A DNA stretch of 62,285 nucleotides, the filler included, from Aduncisulcus paluster (taxonomy: Eukaryota), in assembly GCA_024181965.1 (NCBI GenBank). It is 5 parts of 5 records of this genome, joined end to end, with 100 filler letters (N's around TTAATTAATTAA, not from the genome) between each part and the next. Parts side by side here need not be neighbours in the genome. Positions count along the whole stretch, not along the records: positions 46,891 to 52,685 come from BQXS01012755.1; positions 52,786 to 58,780 come from BQXS01013242.1; 3 more parts are not named here. The stretch is one strand, 5' to 3'. Below, in pieces: positions 47,673 through 57,900 of the stretch. Made by a program: the position numbers and the translations under genes. The notes under the pieces are model-generated. The model was given only the letters and a program-made list of their open reading frames with translations. It was not told where the DNA came from and searched no databases. Numbering within the stretch: the stretch's first letter is position 1; the number at the start of each line of letters is the position of its first letter.

Positions 47673-48987
47673 AGACTTTGAACGCAAACAAAAACAAGAA
47701 GAACGTAAGAGGAGAGAAGAATTAATAATTGAAAAGATAAAGCGACAAGAACAGTTTCAGATTGCCATTTTGCTTGCAGAGCGTGATCGATTGGCGGAAA
47801 TTCATAAACAATCCACTTGGTACAAGAAGAAACAGCTTGTGAAGAAGACACGAGAAGAAGGAAAGCGTATGTTGAGATTAGCTCATATGGAAAAGAAAAT
47901 AGAGGAAGAAGCCAAGAGAAGACGTATCAGAGCAGAGAGGATACGAAGAAAACAGACCAAAGTCGAACAGACCGAATATGAGCATTTGGATAGAGAGATG
48001 AAGCTTCTGGAAGCCGGTGAAATACCTCGAAGTCGAGTTATTCATGATTTTAAAACCCTTCTTAATCTCAAAAGTGGTGTCGTTGGTGATTTGGATGCCA
48101 TTGGTGAAGACCAGAGCTATGATACTCATTTTCATGGACATTCCCAGTATCATACTAGATGTAACCAAGGAACTTCAAGAGGATCTCACCACCAGGTTTT
48201 CACCACACCTAAACATGGCAAGAAAACTCCTCATCGTAGTCGAGGAAGACACCGAGAGCACCGAGAGCACCGAGAGCACCGAGAGCATGTAGATGTATAT
48301 GATCACCAGCATACTCCTTCATCACATTATCATGGTCCATCATCAATTCAATTTCATCCAGATGTCTCCTCGTCTCATCGTTCGCACCAATATGGTTATT
48401 CTCCTGTATCTGGCTATTCTACTACTGGAGCTTCTGCATCTATTCCTTATCGCAGGGAAAGTCTTGGGCATTCGACATCTTCCTCTTCTTCTTCACCTCG
48501 GTCTCTCCCATCGTCTTGCCTTGAGTCTGCTATCCATCCACATCCACATGACACTGCCTCACATGACACCGCATCACATGATGTATCATTGATGCAATCA
48601 TCTTCTGGTATTCTGACTTCTGATAACCAAGATTCCAATCATCATCCTCCATTGTCACCAGGAAGGGAAGGAAGGGAAGCCATGCCAAGAAGGGAATATG
48701 AGGTTATTGAGGATATTATGATGATACGTAGTGGAGATGATATGGATAGAGAAAGAATGTCAACACACACACATCACAAGCATTCTGTTTCTTTCTCTTC
48801 TCTCCCAAAACCAGGGTCAACACATGGAAAGTCAGATACTGTATTGTCATATGGTGATATCCGTAACCTCATTCCCTTGTCCAACCAGAAAGAAATTATC
48901 AACAGAGAGAAAGAAGAAGAGGAGAGAAAATACTTGGAAAAGTTGGAAGAAGAAGAAGAAGAAGAAGAAGAAGAAGAAGAAGAAGAG

Positions 48988-49019
<32 letters not shown>

Positions 49020-49773
49020 GGAGGAGGAAGAAGAGAGACGGAAGAGGATTATGAAGAAAGAGAGATCCAAAAGGAAATACGAAATGCTTGAGAGAATGAC
49101 AGACCTGTCCATTGGTCTAGATTCCAAGAAATATCCATTATCGCCTTCACAACTGCCACATTCCTCACCTATACGACGTGCTGCGCGCATAAGAGCTAAA
49201 TATAGCACAGATAGTAACAGTAATGCGCACGATAGTGATAAACATCATCCAGTCATAAAAACACCAGTTGTAAGTCGTCATGGTATTGGCGTGCGAACCA
49301 TCAGTGACTCCATCACCACTGATCATAAGAAAGATGATTATACTGAGTTACATCAGCCTCCAACATCTATGGGTTCTTCGGGGGCAGTGTATTCCCCGAT
49401 GATTAGGTTTCAATGTAACCGAAGTTCAACATATAAACGGAGTCCAAGATCAGGGTTACATCCTATTCTAAAAATAGATCATGGGTGGTCAGGAGAAGGT
49501 GTCACTCATACTGATGGTTCTCATTATATTGATGACGGTGTAATCGGTGCAGCTTTGGGGAGGGATGATAAAGGCAGAATGGTGTTTAGATTACCTGATA
49601 GACCTTCTCTCATTGGTCTTCCTGGTGGTACAGATGATGATAGTGAAGATTCTGAACGCTGGTTGCGGCAACGTGTGATTTTGGGAATGCAATTGGCATC
49701 TCAAGAACTCGAAGAGTCCTCAACTTCCACGTCAACAACAGAAGATACAAGTATGATCCAAGACTTCTATTGA
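46891..49773 (+). CDS. Charged-repeat protein (ER/K-type single-alpha-helix or coiled coil) with a His/Ser-rich region and poly-E. 5' truncated, with frameshifts inside the repeat
   Basis: EEERKRKAEEEERKRK-type repeats lead without a stop into ORF 47770..49773. Confidence 0.65.
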
Positions 49774-50010
49774 TATATATATATATATATATTTATTTAA
49801 ATATTAAATATTAGATATTTGAACGATTTCGTGTGTTTGTTCGTTTGTGACTTTGTGTGACTTTGAAGGGAGAAGTAGATATTATATTGTGTAGAAATAT
49901 ATTGAGATCTTATTGCTTTATTTTATAGTTCATTTTCCATATCTTGATGTTTTATGGATGAGACGTAATGTTGATGTCTGAGTTACAATATCTTGAAGGA
50001 ATCAATTAAT

Positions 50011-50429
50011 TCAGTCCATTTCTTCAGAGAAGGATACAAATACCAATATATTTTGTATATCATATACAAAAGGTATGATGCCTGACTTATTGTTCCATTC
50101 TTCTTCCACCATGAGCATGAGTATGTTGGCATCATATTTGGGAGATAGTTGAATGAATAATAGATGGGACAGTGGAGAGCATGGAAATGAGTTTGGACCA
50201 GTATTTGACTCCACACCAGATATCAACTCCTTTCCTTTATACCTTTTCTTAGCTCAAACCAACTCTCAATAAGACCATCGCTAATACAATCATACACTTC
50301 AATGGCATGGGAAGGGTTGTCACTCAAGTTTGCAAAGAAACATAGGCATGACAGTTTCATAATCAACTGAAATAGTGGATTTCGATCAAACGAGACGAAT
50401 AAGCGATATGACGAACAGAATGGATGCAA
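50011..50429 (-). pseudogene. Degraded fragment of the same repeat-protein family as the gene at 675-4861
   Basis: Short ORFs in different frames carry CFFANLSDNPSHAIEVYDCI...IESWFE and QLSPKYDANI. Confidence 0.7.
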
Positions 50430-51459
50430 ATTCTTTCCTGAAATGGAATAACATGCTTAAAAATGCAATAGACAATCCAATGTTTTTATAAATTGTGAGC
50501 AAACATGCTCGAATTTTGTGATAGATCCTATCACGAGATGTGCTCTCGCCTTTCTTGATCTCATTTGAGGTACATCAATATATAGAGATCATGCGATATA
50601 AAAAACCTGCATATTGGTGGAATTTTCCGAGGTTTTCTCAAATACTCACAAAGTTGCCATTTGGAGCGCACTGAAATATTTATTGTTTTTGAATGGGATA
50701 AAAATTCCCTTCCTATCTCCGATTAGTTAATTTTATTCCTTTCAACAAAGAAATTTCCAAAATGGCTTCTTTGTTGAATGAAATGTTTCATGACAATGCC
50801 TTGAGCTTTTTTTTCCCCTAAAGATCATCTATTTGAGCACTACTCTTATTGTTAATGTGAGAACTTCCTTTTTTGGTGCCGTGAAATTCATAGATACCGT
50901 TCAACCATAGATCTAGAAAGTTTCTAAAGAAGTTTCTTAGATCGAACAATAATGTCAAATAACCTTCTTCACTGGCAGTTTTATAGTTATATGATTATTT
51001 TGTTTTATGTTTGCGTTGAATTCAAACATCTGAATGTAATTTTTGCCTTTTCTACAACGTTCCTTTAAAAATAACCATTAAAGACTTATTATTAAAGATA
51101 AATTTTTGATGAAATCTATCCCAAATCATTCCAACCTTTTGGTCCATTGTCACATGCTATGAGTCATGAAACAGCATTTGTGATTTCATTGATGATACTT
51201 TCCTATTTTGTTAAATTTCTCTTCTACTCAAGAAAATATATGCGTGAATATTGGGTTAATTCCGAAATCATGCACTAGTTTGCGATTGTGATGCATCTGA
51301 TGTTATCCTCCATTCCACATATTTTTATTTGATATAGATGAATTAAAAGAATTAAAAATAAATAAAAATACATAAAAATTGTATTTTCAAACAAATGAAC
51401 TGAAAAAAAAAATGATCACAAAAAAAATTGTCAAGTTTGGTTTTGTCCAAACACTTACA

Positions 51460-52685
51460 ATGCCATCATTCGATACTCTTGATGGTTGTACAGCTGCGGC
51501 GAGAATTGCTTATTTCTTGTCCGATATGTCCATTATCTACCCTATTACCCCAAGTTCTCCAATGGCTGCTTCCGTCGATAGTTACTCTGCTGCTGGAAAG
51601 TTGAATGCTTGGGGACAAAAAGTTGATGTTACTGAGATGCAAAGTGAGGCTGGGGCTGCTGGTGCTGTCCATGGAGCTCTTATTGCAGGTGGTCTTACAT
51701 CTACCTTTACTGCTTCTCAAGGTCTCTTGTTAATGATTCCTAATTTATACAAAATGGTTGGTGAACATTTGCCTGGTGTTTTCCATGTTGCTGCTCGTTC
51801 TATCGCTCGTCATGCCCTCTCCATTTTTGGCGATCATTCTGATATTATGGCTGCTCGTGATACTGGTGTTGCCATGCTTATCGCTAGAACTGTTCAAGAG
51901 GCTCAAGATATGGCTTTGGCTGCTCACCTTCTCGCTATTAAAGCTCACCATCCTGTCATGAGTATTCAGGATGGATTCAGAACATCTCACAGTGTGAGCA
52001 AGATTGAGCTTATCGACTTTGATAAGATTCGTCCTTACATTGACAAGGAAGCTATCCATGCCTACAAGGCCAAGTGTCTCAATCCTGACCACCCCCAGAC
52101 TATGGGTTCTGCTCAGAATCCTGATCTTTTCTTCCAAGCCGTTGAGAGAGATAACTCCGTTTTGACAGCCTTCCTGAAGCCATTGAACGTGTTTTTGACG
52201 ATGTTTATGCTATTACCGGTCGTGGATATGATTTGTTCTCCTATGTTGGTCACAAGGATGCTAAGTATGTCACTGTTGTCATGGGAAGTGGAGGTGCTGT
52301 TATCGAAGAATACATCCGCCACGTAATGAAGACTAACCCCGATGAAAGAATTGGTCTCATCCGTGTTCATGTTTACAGACCTTTCTCTGCCAAGCACCTT
52401 GATGATGCTCTTCCAAAGACTTGTGAGGTTGTTTGTGCTCTTGATAGAACAAAGAGCCCCGGTGATGTCGGTGAACCTCTCTACCAGGAGATTATCTCCT
52501 CCCTCCACATTCGCCAAAGATTGTCTCCTCTCCCCGAGAAACTTGAGAAGGGCTATTTCCCAGTGAAGGTCATTGGGGGACGTTTCGGTCTTTCTTCCAG
52601 GGAGTTCACACCAGCCATGGTCCATGCTGTTTACAAGAACATGAAGTTCGAGCGTCGTTCTCCTTTTACTGTTGGTATTGTTGAT
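51460..52685 (+). CDS. PFOR: Pyruvate:ferredoxin oxidoreductase, N-terminal part (frameshift in a T-run near 52160, 3' truncated by contig end)
   Basis: DGCTAAA..YPITPSSPM, EMQSEAGAAGAVHG, STFTASQGLLLMIPNLYK, DGFRTSH, VYRPFS and GGRFGLSSREFTP. Confidence 0.95.
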
Positions 52686-52785
52686 NNNNNNNNNNNNNNN
52701 NNNNNNNNNNNNNNNNNNNNNNNNNNNNNTTAATTAATTAANNNNNNNNNNNNNNNNNNNNNNNNNNNNNNNNNNNNNNNNNNNN
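52686..52785. other. Artificial contig spacer
   Basis: N-run + TTAATTAATTAA + N-run. Confidence 0.97.
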
Positions 52786-53046
52786 AATTCGTCTTAATTG
52801 GTCGTAAAAGCCCTGGGTAGATCCAGCTCCAAAAAACTTCTTAATAGCGGCAAGAAATTCCTCTGGGTTTGTGTCCCCATCACATTTTGTTGCAAGACGT
52901 AACGCTGATAACACGTGGACATCAATCAACGTGTGCCAAGGTTCCTTTCCACCTCGAGCAGAATAGATCTTGTGATCATTCATAAATTTAGACCAGTCCT
53001 CTTTCGAAAACCTTGTTAGAAAAGGTGGTTTTAATAATTCGGCCAT
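52786..53046 (-). mobile_element. 5' end of a retrotransposon gag-like ORF (runs off the contig), paralogous to the gag at 55865
   Basis: PPFLTRFSKEDWSKFMNDHKIYSARGGKEPW aligns with APYLESLDSLMWEKFLNAYDHYRSLGGKRYW, and S.Q...DQL recurs in both. Confidence 0.7.
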
Positions 53047-53140
53047 AATACTAAAGTATTAATACTGTAAGCTAAGCCAAATTTATTCAAATAAACGGTT
53101 CTATAAATAGGACATCCCTGAGAATGTCTGTAGATAAGGA

Positions 53141-54473
53141 TCAATGTCCGTAACAATAATGAGAACATAAACAAGGTAATAATAAACAGACTTCATAAAA
53201 GTGATGTGCTGACCAAGAGGAATAATGTAGCAATGATAAATTACGTTCACTCTTGTAATTATTTATATCTTCTAACACAGATGTATATACTTCTTTTCTA
53301 TTAAAGCCGGCGATATAAAGCGGAATAACAAGCTTTAACATGGTTCTTCCCTCCATATGTAACAAGTCAGGAGGAAGAGGCAGTGTGTCAAAAGGATTTT
53401 CAACAACACGTGAAGGAGCAGGACTAAACAGATGCAATGAATCTCGGTGAGCATTACATAAAGAACACTTAAGAAAACATCGTCCAGAAGGTTTTGGGAT
53501 TTTAAGATGCTCATGACGTTGTGGCGAATCTGATTTGTGGCAATAATGGAAACAATTCAATCTCACTCGACGTTCGAGAACGGAATGAAACACAAAAATT
53601 TGATTACACCTTTCGATTTCACTTGTAATATAATTCTCAATATCACGAGACTTGTCTTCTATACTTCCTCCAGGTGTAAGACAAAGGATAAACCTACTGG
53701 CAAGAGTTTGCCTGAAGGAAGGATTAAAATTGGCCAGAGTCACTGAGCAAACCATCATTGGATTATATGCCCAAGCTGTTAGGGGGAGTGTCATCAGAAA
53801 AAGAAATGATTCCAACATTTTCAGTCCCAACTAAAGCTTTTCTTTTCCATGCTTCGGATCTTTCAACGGAATCATCAATGCTTAAGTGACAACACATTTG
53901 GGAATAGACATATTCTAGAATTGACTGCAATGAAAAGAAAATTGCTTTCACAGTACTGCGATATATAGATGGGAGTTCCCGTTCAGTGTATTTTATGATA
54001 CAAGGGGGGATAGCCGTAATACTGAGAGTTGATAGAGAAGGGACAAACGTTTTTTGAAGGACATATACAAGCTGACGAGTGTCGACTCTTGAGATTTTCA
54101 GATCACGTATTGTACTTTGGAGGTATGCTATCTTTTCAAATTGCATGAGCTCTCTTCCAGAGTGGCTCCCAGATACTCCAGAACGTTCTTGAGTAATTTC
54201 TTCACTTACATCATGTTCAACATCAAGTTGATTATCAAATGCTGAAAGATCTCCATAATCTGGATCATCTGTTGACAAACATCTTACATCATCATGATCT
54301 TCTAGTTGGACTTCTTGGAGGTAATCGATGCATTGTTGATGGAACTCTTGTGTGAGCGAAGTTGTACTATTCATAAATTCGACAAGTGACTTAATTCCAT
54401 CAATATGTGCGATCTTAAAAGCTGACATCGCCTGATTTTTGGTAAATTGGTTCAGCAAAAGTTGATAAAACAT
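53141..54473 (-). mobile_element. CACTA/En-Spm- or Plavaka-like DDE transposase remnant (frameshift in a C-run near 53785)
   Basis: Joined frames read ISFSDDTP/LTAW..VCSVTLANFNPSFR..FILCLTP..KSDSPQR..KCSLC..PPDLLH, which parallels the D..P, TL.N.PP..R, D.P, CxxC and D.xH motifs. Confidence 0.55.
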
Positions 54474-54730
54474 AATTCAAATTCTTTGAAGAGCATAGTT
54501 TTCCATCTTTAATGCAATAATATTTCCTTGTGCTAATATCAATTGTAATCTAGCATAAAACTTATAAAAACTTGATATCCAATCAATTACAATAGCATTT
54601 TACGAAACATACATCCCACTCACTTGAGATACGTATCTCCGCTTCATGGGCACTACTCTCCTTTTCTTTCTTGAAGTTCTTCCGCCTCCATCTCGAATCC
54701 TTTAACCCAATAATCCAGATATGACAGAGG

Positions 54731-55885
54731 CTAGTGATTTAATGATGATTCCATGGGCCAGCCCTCATCTTCCCGTATCGCTGTATTAATGTAACTTAAG
54801 AGTCCTTGAGATGAAAGCCATCCTCCAAGGGCTGCTATTGTTTCCGCTTCAACTCCCATCTTGTGTAAGAGAACGGCCGCTCCCTTCCTCATGCTGTGAG
54901 CACCATATTTTTCCTTGAATAATCTTCCGGACCAAGTTCTGAAATTCTCCTGGAGGCGAAGGAGAGGTGATGGCCTCTCCTTTCCTGGCTCTGCAAATAA
55001 GAAGGTGTAAGGTTTGATCGCCGTCAACCTTTTGTGTGTTTCAATGAGTCTATTCAACAGGGTATACGCGTTCAATGGGCCTCCCACGTTGACTCTCACT
55101 TTCATACCGCCTGAGATTGTCTTGTTCTTGGGGCACCAGAGAACAAAGGCATTGTCTCGAACTTCTATACCATTGAGCCTTATCGAAGCGGTTGAGCCTG
55201 CTCTTGAGACTGTTTCGAAGGTCACTGCCACCCATGCAGCAAAATCTATTCTTCCACGTTCGAGAGCATGTCTGATTAGTGATTGTGCTTCCTCAATAGA
55301 TAGAATGTGCGTCCCTGCTTGCGACGTGGTTACTGCACAGAGAGGGGTGGCCAGTCTTACGTATGTTTTCTTAAGCTCCGTAGGAAACCTTCCTGCAATC
55401 AAAGCGGCCACGTGAGTGAGGACAGACCACGCACTACGCGGTTTTACATTCTTCAGGAGCTCCATTCCGATTACAGCGAGCTGCTCCCACCATTTGGAAG
55501 TGGATTCTCGATGTCGAATGATGTGTCTAACCCTTCGTTGAGCGCCGGCCGTTGAGTTTGTGCGAGTCACGTCTTCAGCTTCATCTTCACGAAGTATGCG
55601 ATCAATCGTGCCATCTTCTTGTGTTTCGTTGACCACTCTACCAAGTATTCTGGGACCGTTCTTGGCGAAATCTCGAAAGAGTTGAGTGCATTGCTTCTTA
55701 AATAGGCCCCTAGCCTCGGGGTTAGCGGTGAAGAGATTACCACCAGCCCACTTGTCTGAGATAAGGGAGAAACTGATTGATAGACCTGATGTCCTTCTGT
55801 TTACTTTCCAATAAATTGCTACCGTTTCTATCTCCGAGATATCGACAATATTAATATTGAGCAAATGGGAAACAAAGTAGTTCAC
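54731..55885 (-). CDS. Tyrosine recombinase (DIRS/Crypton-like YR); the first in-frame ATG is only at 55465
   Basis: Catalytic R (VSRAGS), K (KNKT), HxxR (HSMRKGAA), W (LGGWLS) and Y (LLSYI) occur in the correct order. Confidence 0.88.
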   Translation of the reverse strand: MNYFVSHLLNINIVDISEIETVAIYWKVNRRTSGLSISFSLISDKWAGGNLFTANPEARGLFKKQCTQLFRDFAKNGPRILGRVVNETQEDGTIDRILREDEAEDVTRTNSTAGAQRRVRHIIRHRESTSKWWEQLAVIGMELLKNVKPRSAWSVLTHVAALIAGRFPTELKKTYVRLATPLCAVTTSQAGTHILSIEEAQSLIRHALERGRIDFAAWVAVTFETVSRAGSTASIRLNGIEVRDNAFVLWCPKNKTISGGMKVRVNVGGPLNAYTLLNRLIETHKRLTAIKPYTFLFAEPGKERPSPLLRLQENFRTWSGRLFKEKYGAHSMRKGAAVLLHKMGVEAETIAALGGWLSSQGLLSYINTAIREDEGWPMESSLNH

Positions 55886-56539
55886 ATTGGCGTTAAAAAA
55901 CTGAAAGAGAAGGAGATGCCCGCTCCTTACCTCGAATCACTGGATTCTCTCATGTGGGAGAAGTTCCTAAACGCGTACGACCACTACCGCTCTTTGGGAG
56001 GCAAAAGATATTGGCCTGCCCTATGCTCTGCAGCCGCTCTTCGTATTATCATGATTATTTCGAAAATCTCCGATTTTACGTTGGCTAAGAATCGTAAAGA
56101 AGCTAGAGCTAAGGTGTCTGCAGTATACCGTGGTAGTTCACCACAATCTATAAGTGACCAGTTAAAAGACACTCGCATGAAGCCTAACCTCACTATGGAC
56201 TCAATCTCTGAGTACATTGGAGCTTTTGATTCAAAGCGTAGCGTTGATCTTGACGCCTTGGATGGAAAAACGTTCGTTCGGTTCTTTATCAGTGGTTTAT
56301 TCCCTTCCCGACTCCGTGTCCGGGTAAGAACAGCAATCGGGCCTGATTCAGAAGATGTCGACGAAGCCATACGTCAATCCCTTGAACATGGCAGTGCCCT
56401 AGTTCACTGTTTGACCGAAGGAACAACCGTCCGTAGACAGATCGAAGCTGAGAAGAAACGTTTTGGATCCAGCAGTTTTTCTGAACCACAGAGACAAAAC
56501 GGAACAAATCACCAGGGTCCCAGAAGGGATAATGGGTAA
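55865..56539 (+). mobile_element. Gag-like ORF of a retroelement
   Basis: Contains SISEYIGAF..FVRFFISGL.P.RLR (capsid-like) and lies directly upstream of the CCHC knuckle, protease and RT. Confidence 0.75.
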
Positions 56540-56598
56540 AGACGTAACTTCAGACAATCTGGAGGTTTTGACCACACCAGACGCAGTCAGCCGACTAA

Positions 56599-57900
56599 GA
56601 AGAGCTCTCCGCTACTAAAGGCAAGCCGACTTTTCTAAAAGGAGTATTCTGCCACAAGTGTAAGAAAGAGGGGCATAAATCCTATAATTGTCCATCCGGG
56701 AGTAAAGTGGACGATAAATACCTGTTAGAAATTTCATCCACGAGTTCTTCTTGCTTATACGCCACTTTATCGGGATATCACGCCAAACCCCTCACAGTAC
56801 AATGTATATTAGACACTGGTGCGTCGAGTTCTGTCATCTCAAGGAGGTTAGTTCATTTATTAGGGATAAAAATCCAAGAGTCTACAATTAACGAAGTGTT
56901 CCTTGCTGATGGGAGTCCCATAGCCGTTTTGGGTACCGTAAAAATTCATACCTCGCTCCCCGGAGTCGATGGAATGAGTATGGAGTTTGAAGAGATTTGT
57001 TTGGTAATAGAAATGAAAGGCAACAAACAAGTTGAATTTTTGATCGGTAAGGAGAGAATTCTCAAAAATGATTTACTCGACTGGCTGCAAGAGTTGCCAG
57101 AAGAAGACGACGTTCTCATTGAAGATGAATTAAACAAGGAGATTGTCTCGCCTTTCGATTTGGACAACGGTCTATGGACTTGCGAAATACTAGAATTACA
57201 CAGCAAAATTGATTCTTTACTTCAGGATTATTGTATGAAAATTGACAAAAACAAACCCGCCTCTGTCCCCGAGTTTAGTCTAAACTTCCCAGAAGACCGG
57301 AAACCTATCGCCCTTAAATGCAGAAAAGTTCCTTTTCATTTGCAGAATGAAGTTAGGGGGTGGATCGACGAGTTACTTGATTCACATTTTATTGTTCCCT
57401 CGAGGAGTGAGTTTGCAGCCCCTATTGTTTTAGTCAGAAAGCCAAATGGAGGCCTCCGATTGTGTTGCGATTATACTTTGCTTAACAGGATCACCCCGAA
57501 CGACGAGTATCCAATTCCACGGCAAGACATGCTTTTCTCCGCCTTGGAAGGTAAATCTATCTTTGCTGCTCTTGATCTCAAGAACGGGTACTTCAATATC
57601 GCGGTGGACAAGAAGTCAAGACATCAAACGGCATTTATCACGCCGTGGGGTCTGTTCGAATGGAACAGGATGCCATTCGGCCTTAAGTCAGCACCCGCCC
57701 ATTTTCAGCGGTGTCTGAACGCGATCTTCAAGGGTATGACACCCCTAAAGTGCCTCATTTATTTAGACGATATTCTTGTCTTCGGAAGCAATGAAGAGGA
57801 ATTCTTAAACCATCCAAAGACTCATTCCGATGAGCATTTTCAAGCTTCTGTCACCTTTATCAGAGAAACTACCGTCTGTGAAGAAGCTATATCAGTATAG
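56599..57900 (+). mobile_element. Zinc knuckle + aspartic protease + Ty3/Gypsy-type reverse transcriptase, truncated just after YLDD
   Basis: CHKCKKEGHKSYNC (CCHC), ILDTGASSSVIS, PIVLVRKPNGGLRLCCDY..LN, LDLKNGYF, TAFITPWGLFEW.RMPFGL.SAP and YLDDILVF. RT similarity ends near 57813. Confidence 0.93.

Noticed and set aside
46835..47851. Three minus-strand ORFs rich in F/L/S
   Set aside because: Antisense of the purine-rich EERKRK repeat, which lacks stop codons by composition
54731..55885. YR as a prophage integrase or bacterial contamination
   Set aside because: No phage or bacterial genes or operon structure nearby. The neighbours are eukaryotic retroelement and transposase sequences and a satellite
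56537..56539. TAA/TAG reassignment to Gln (as in hexamitid diplomonads) to explain in-frame stops
   Set aside because: Conserved genes here (RPLP2, cyclophilin, NACA) end at TAA exactly where expected, so the standard code applies
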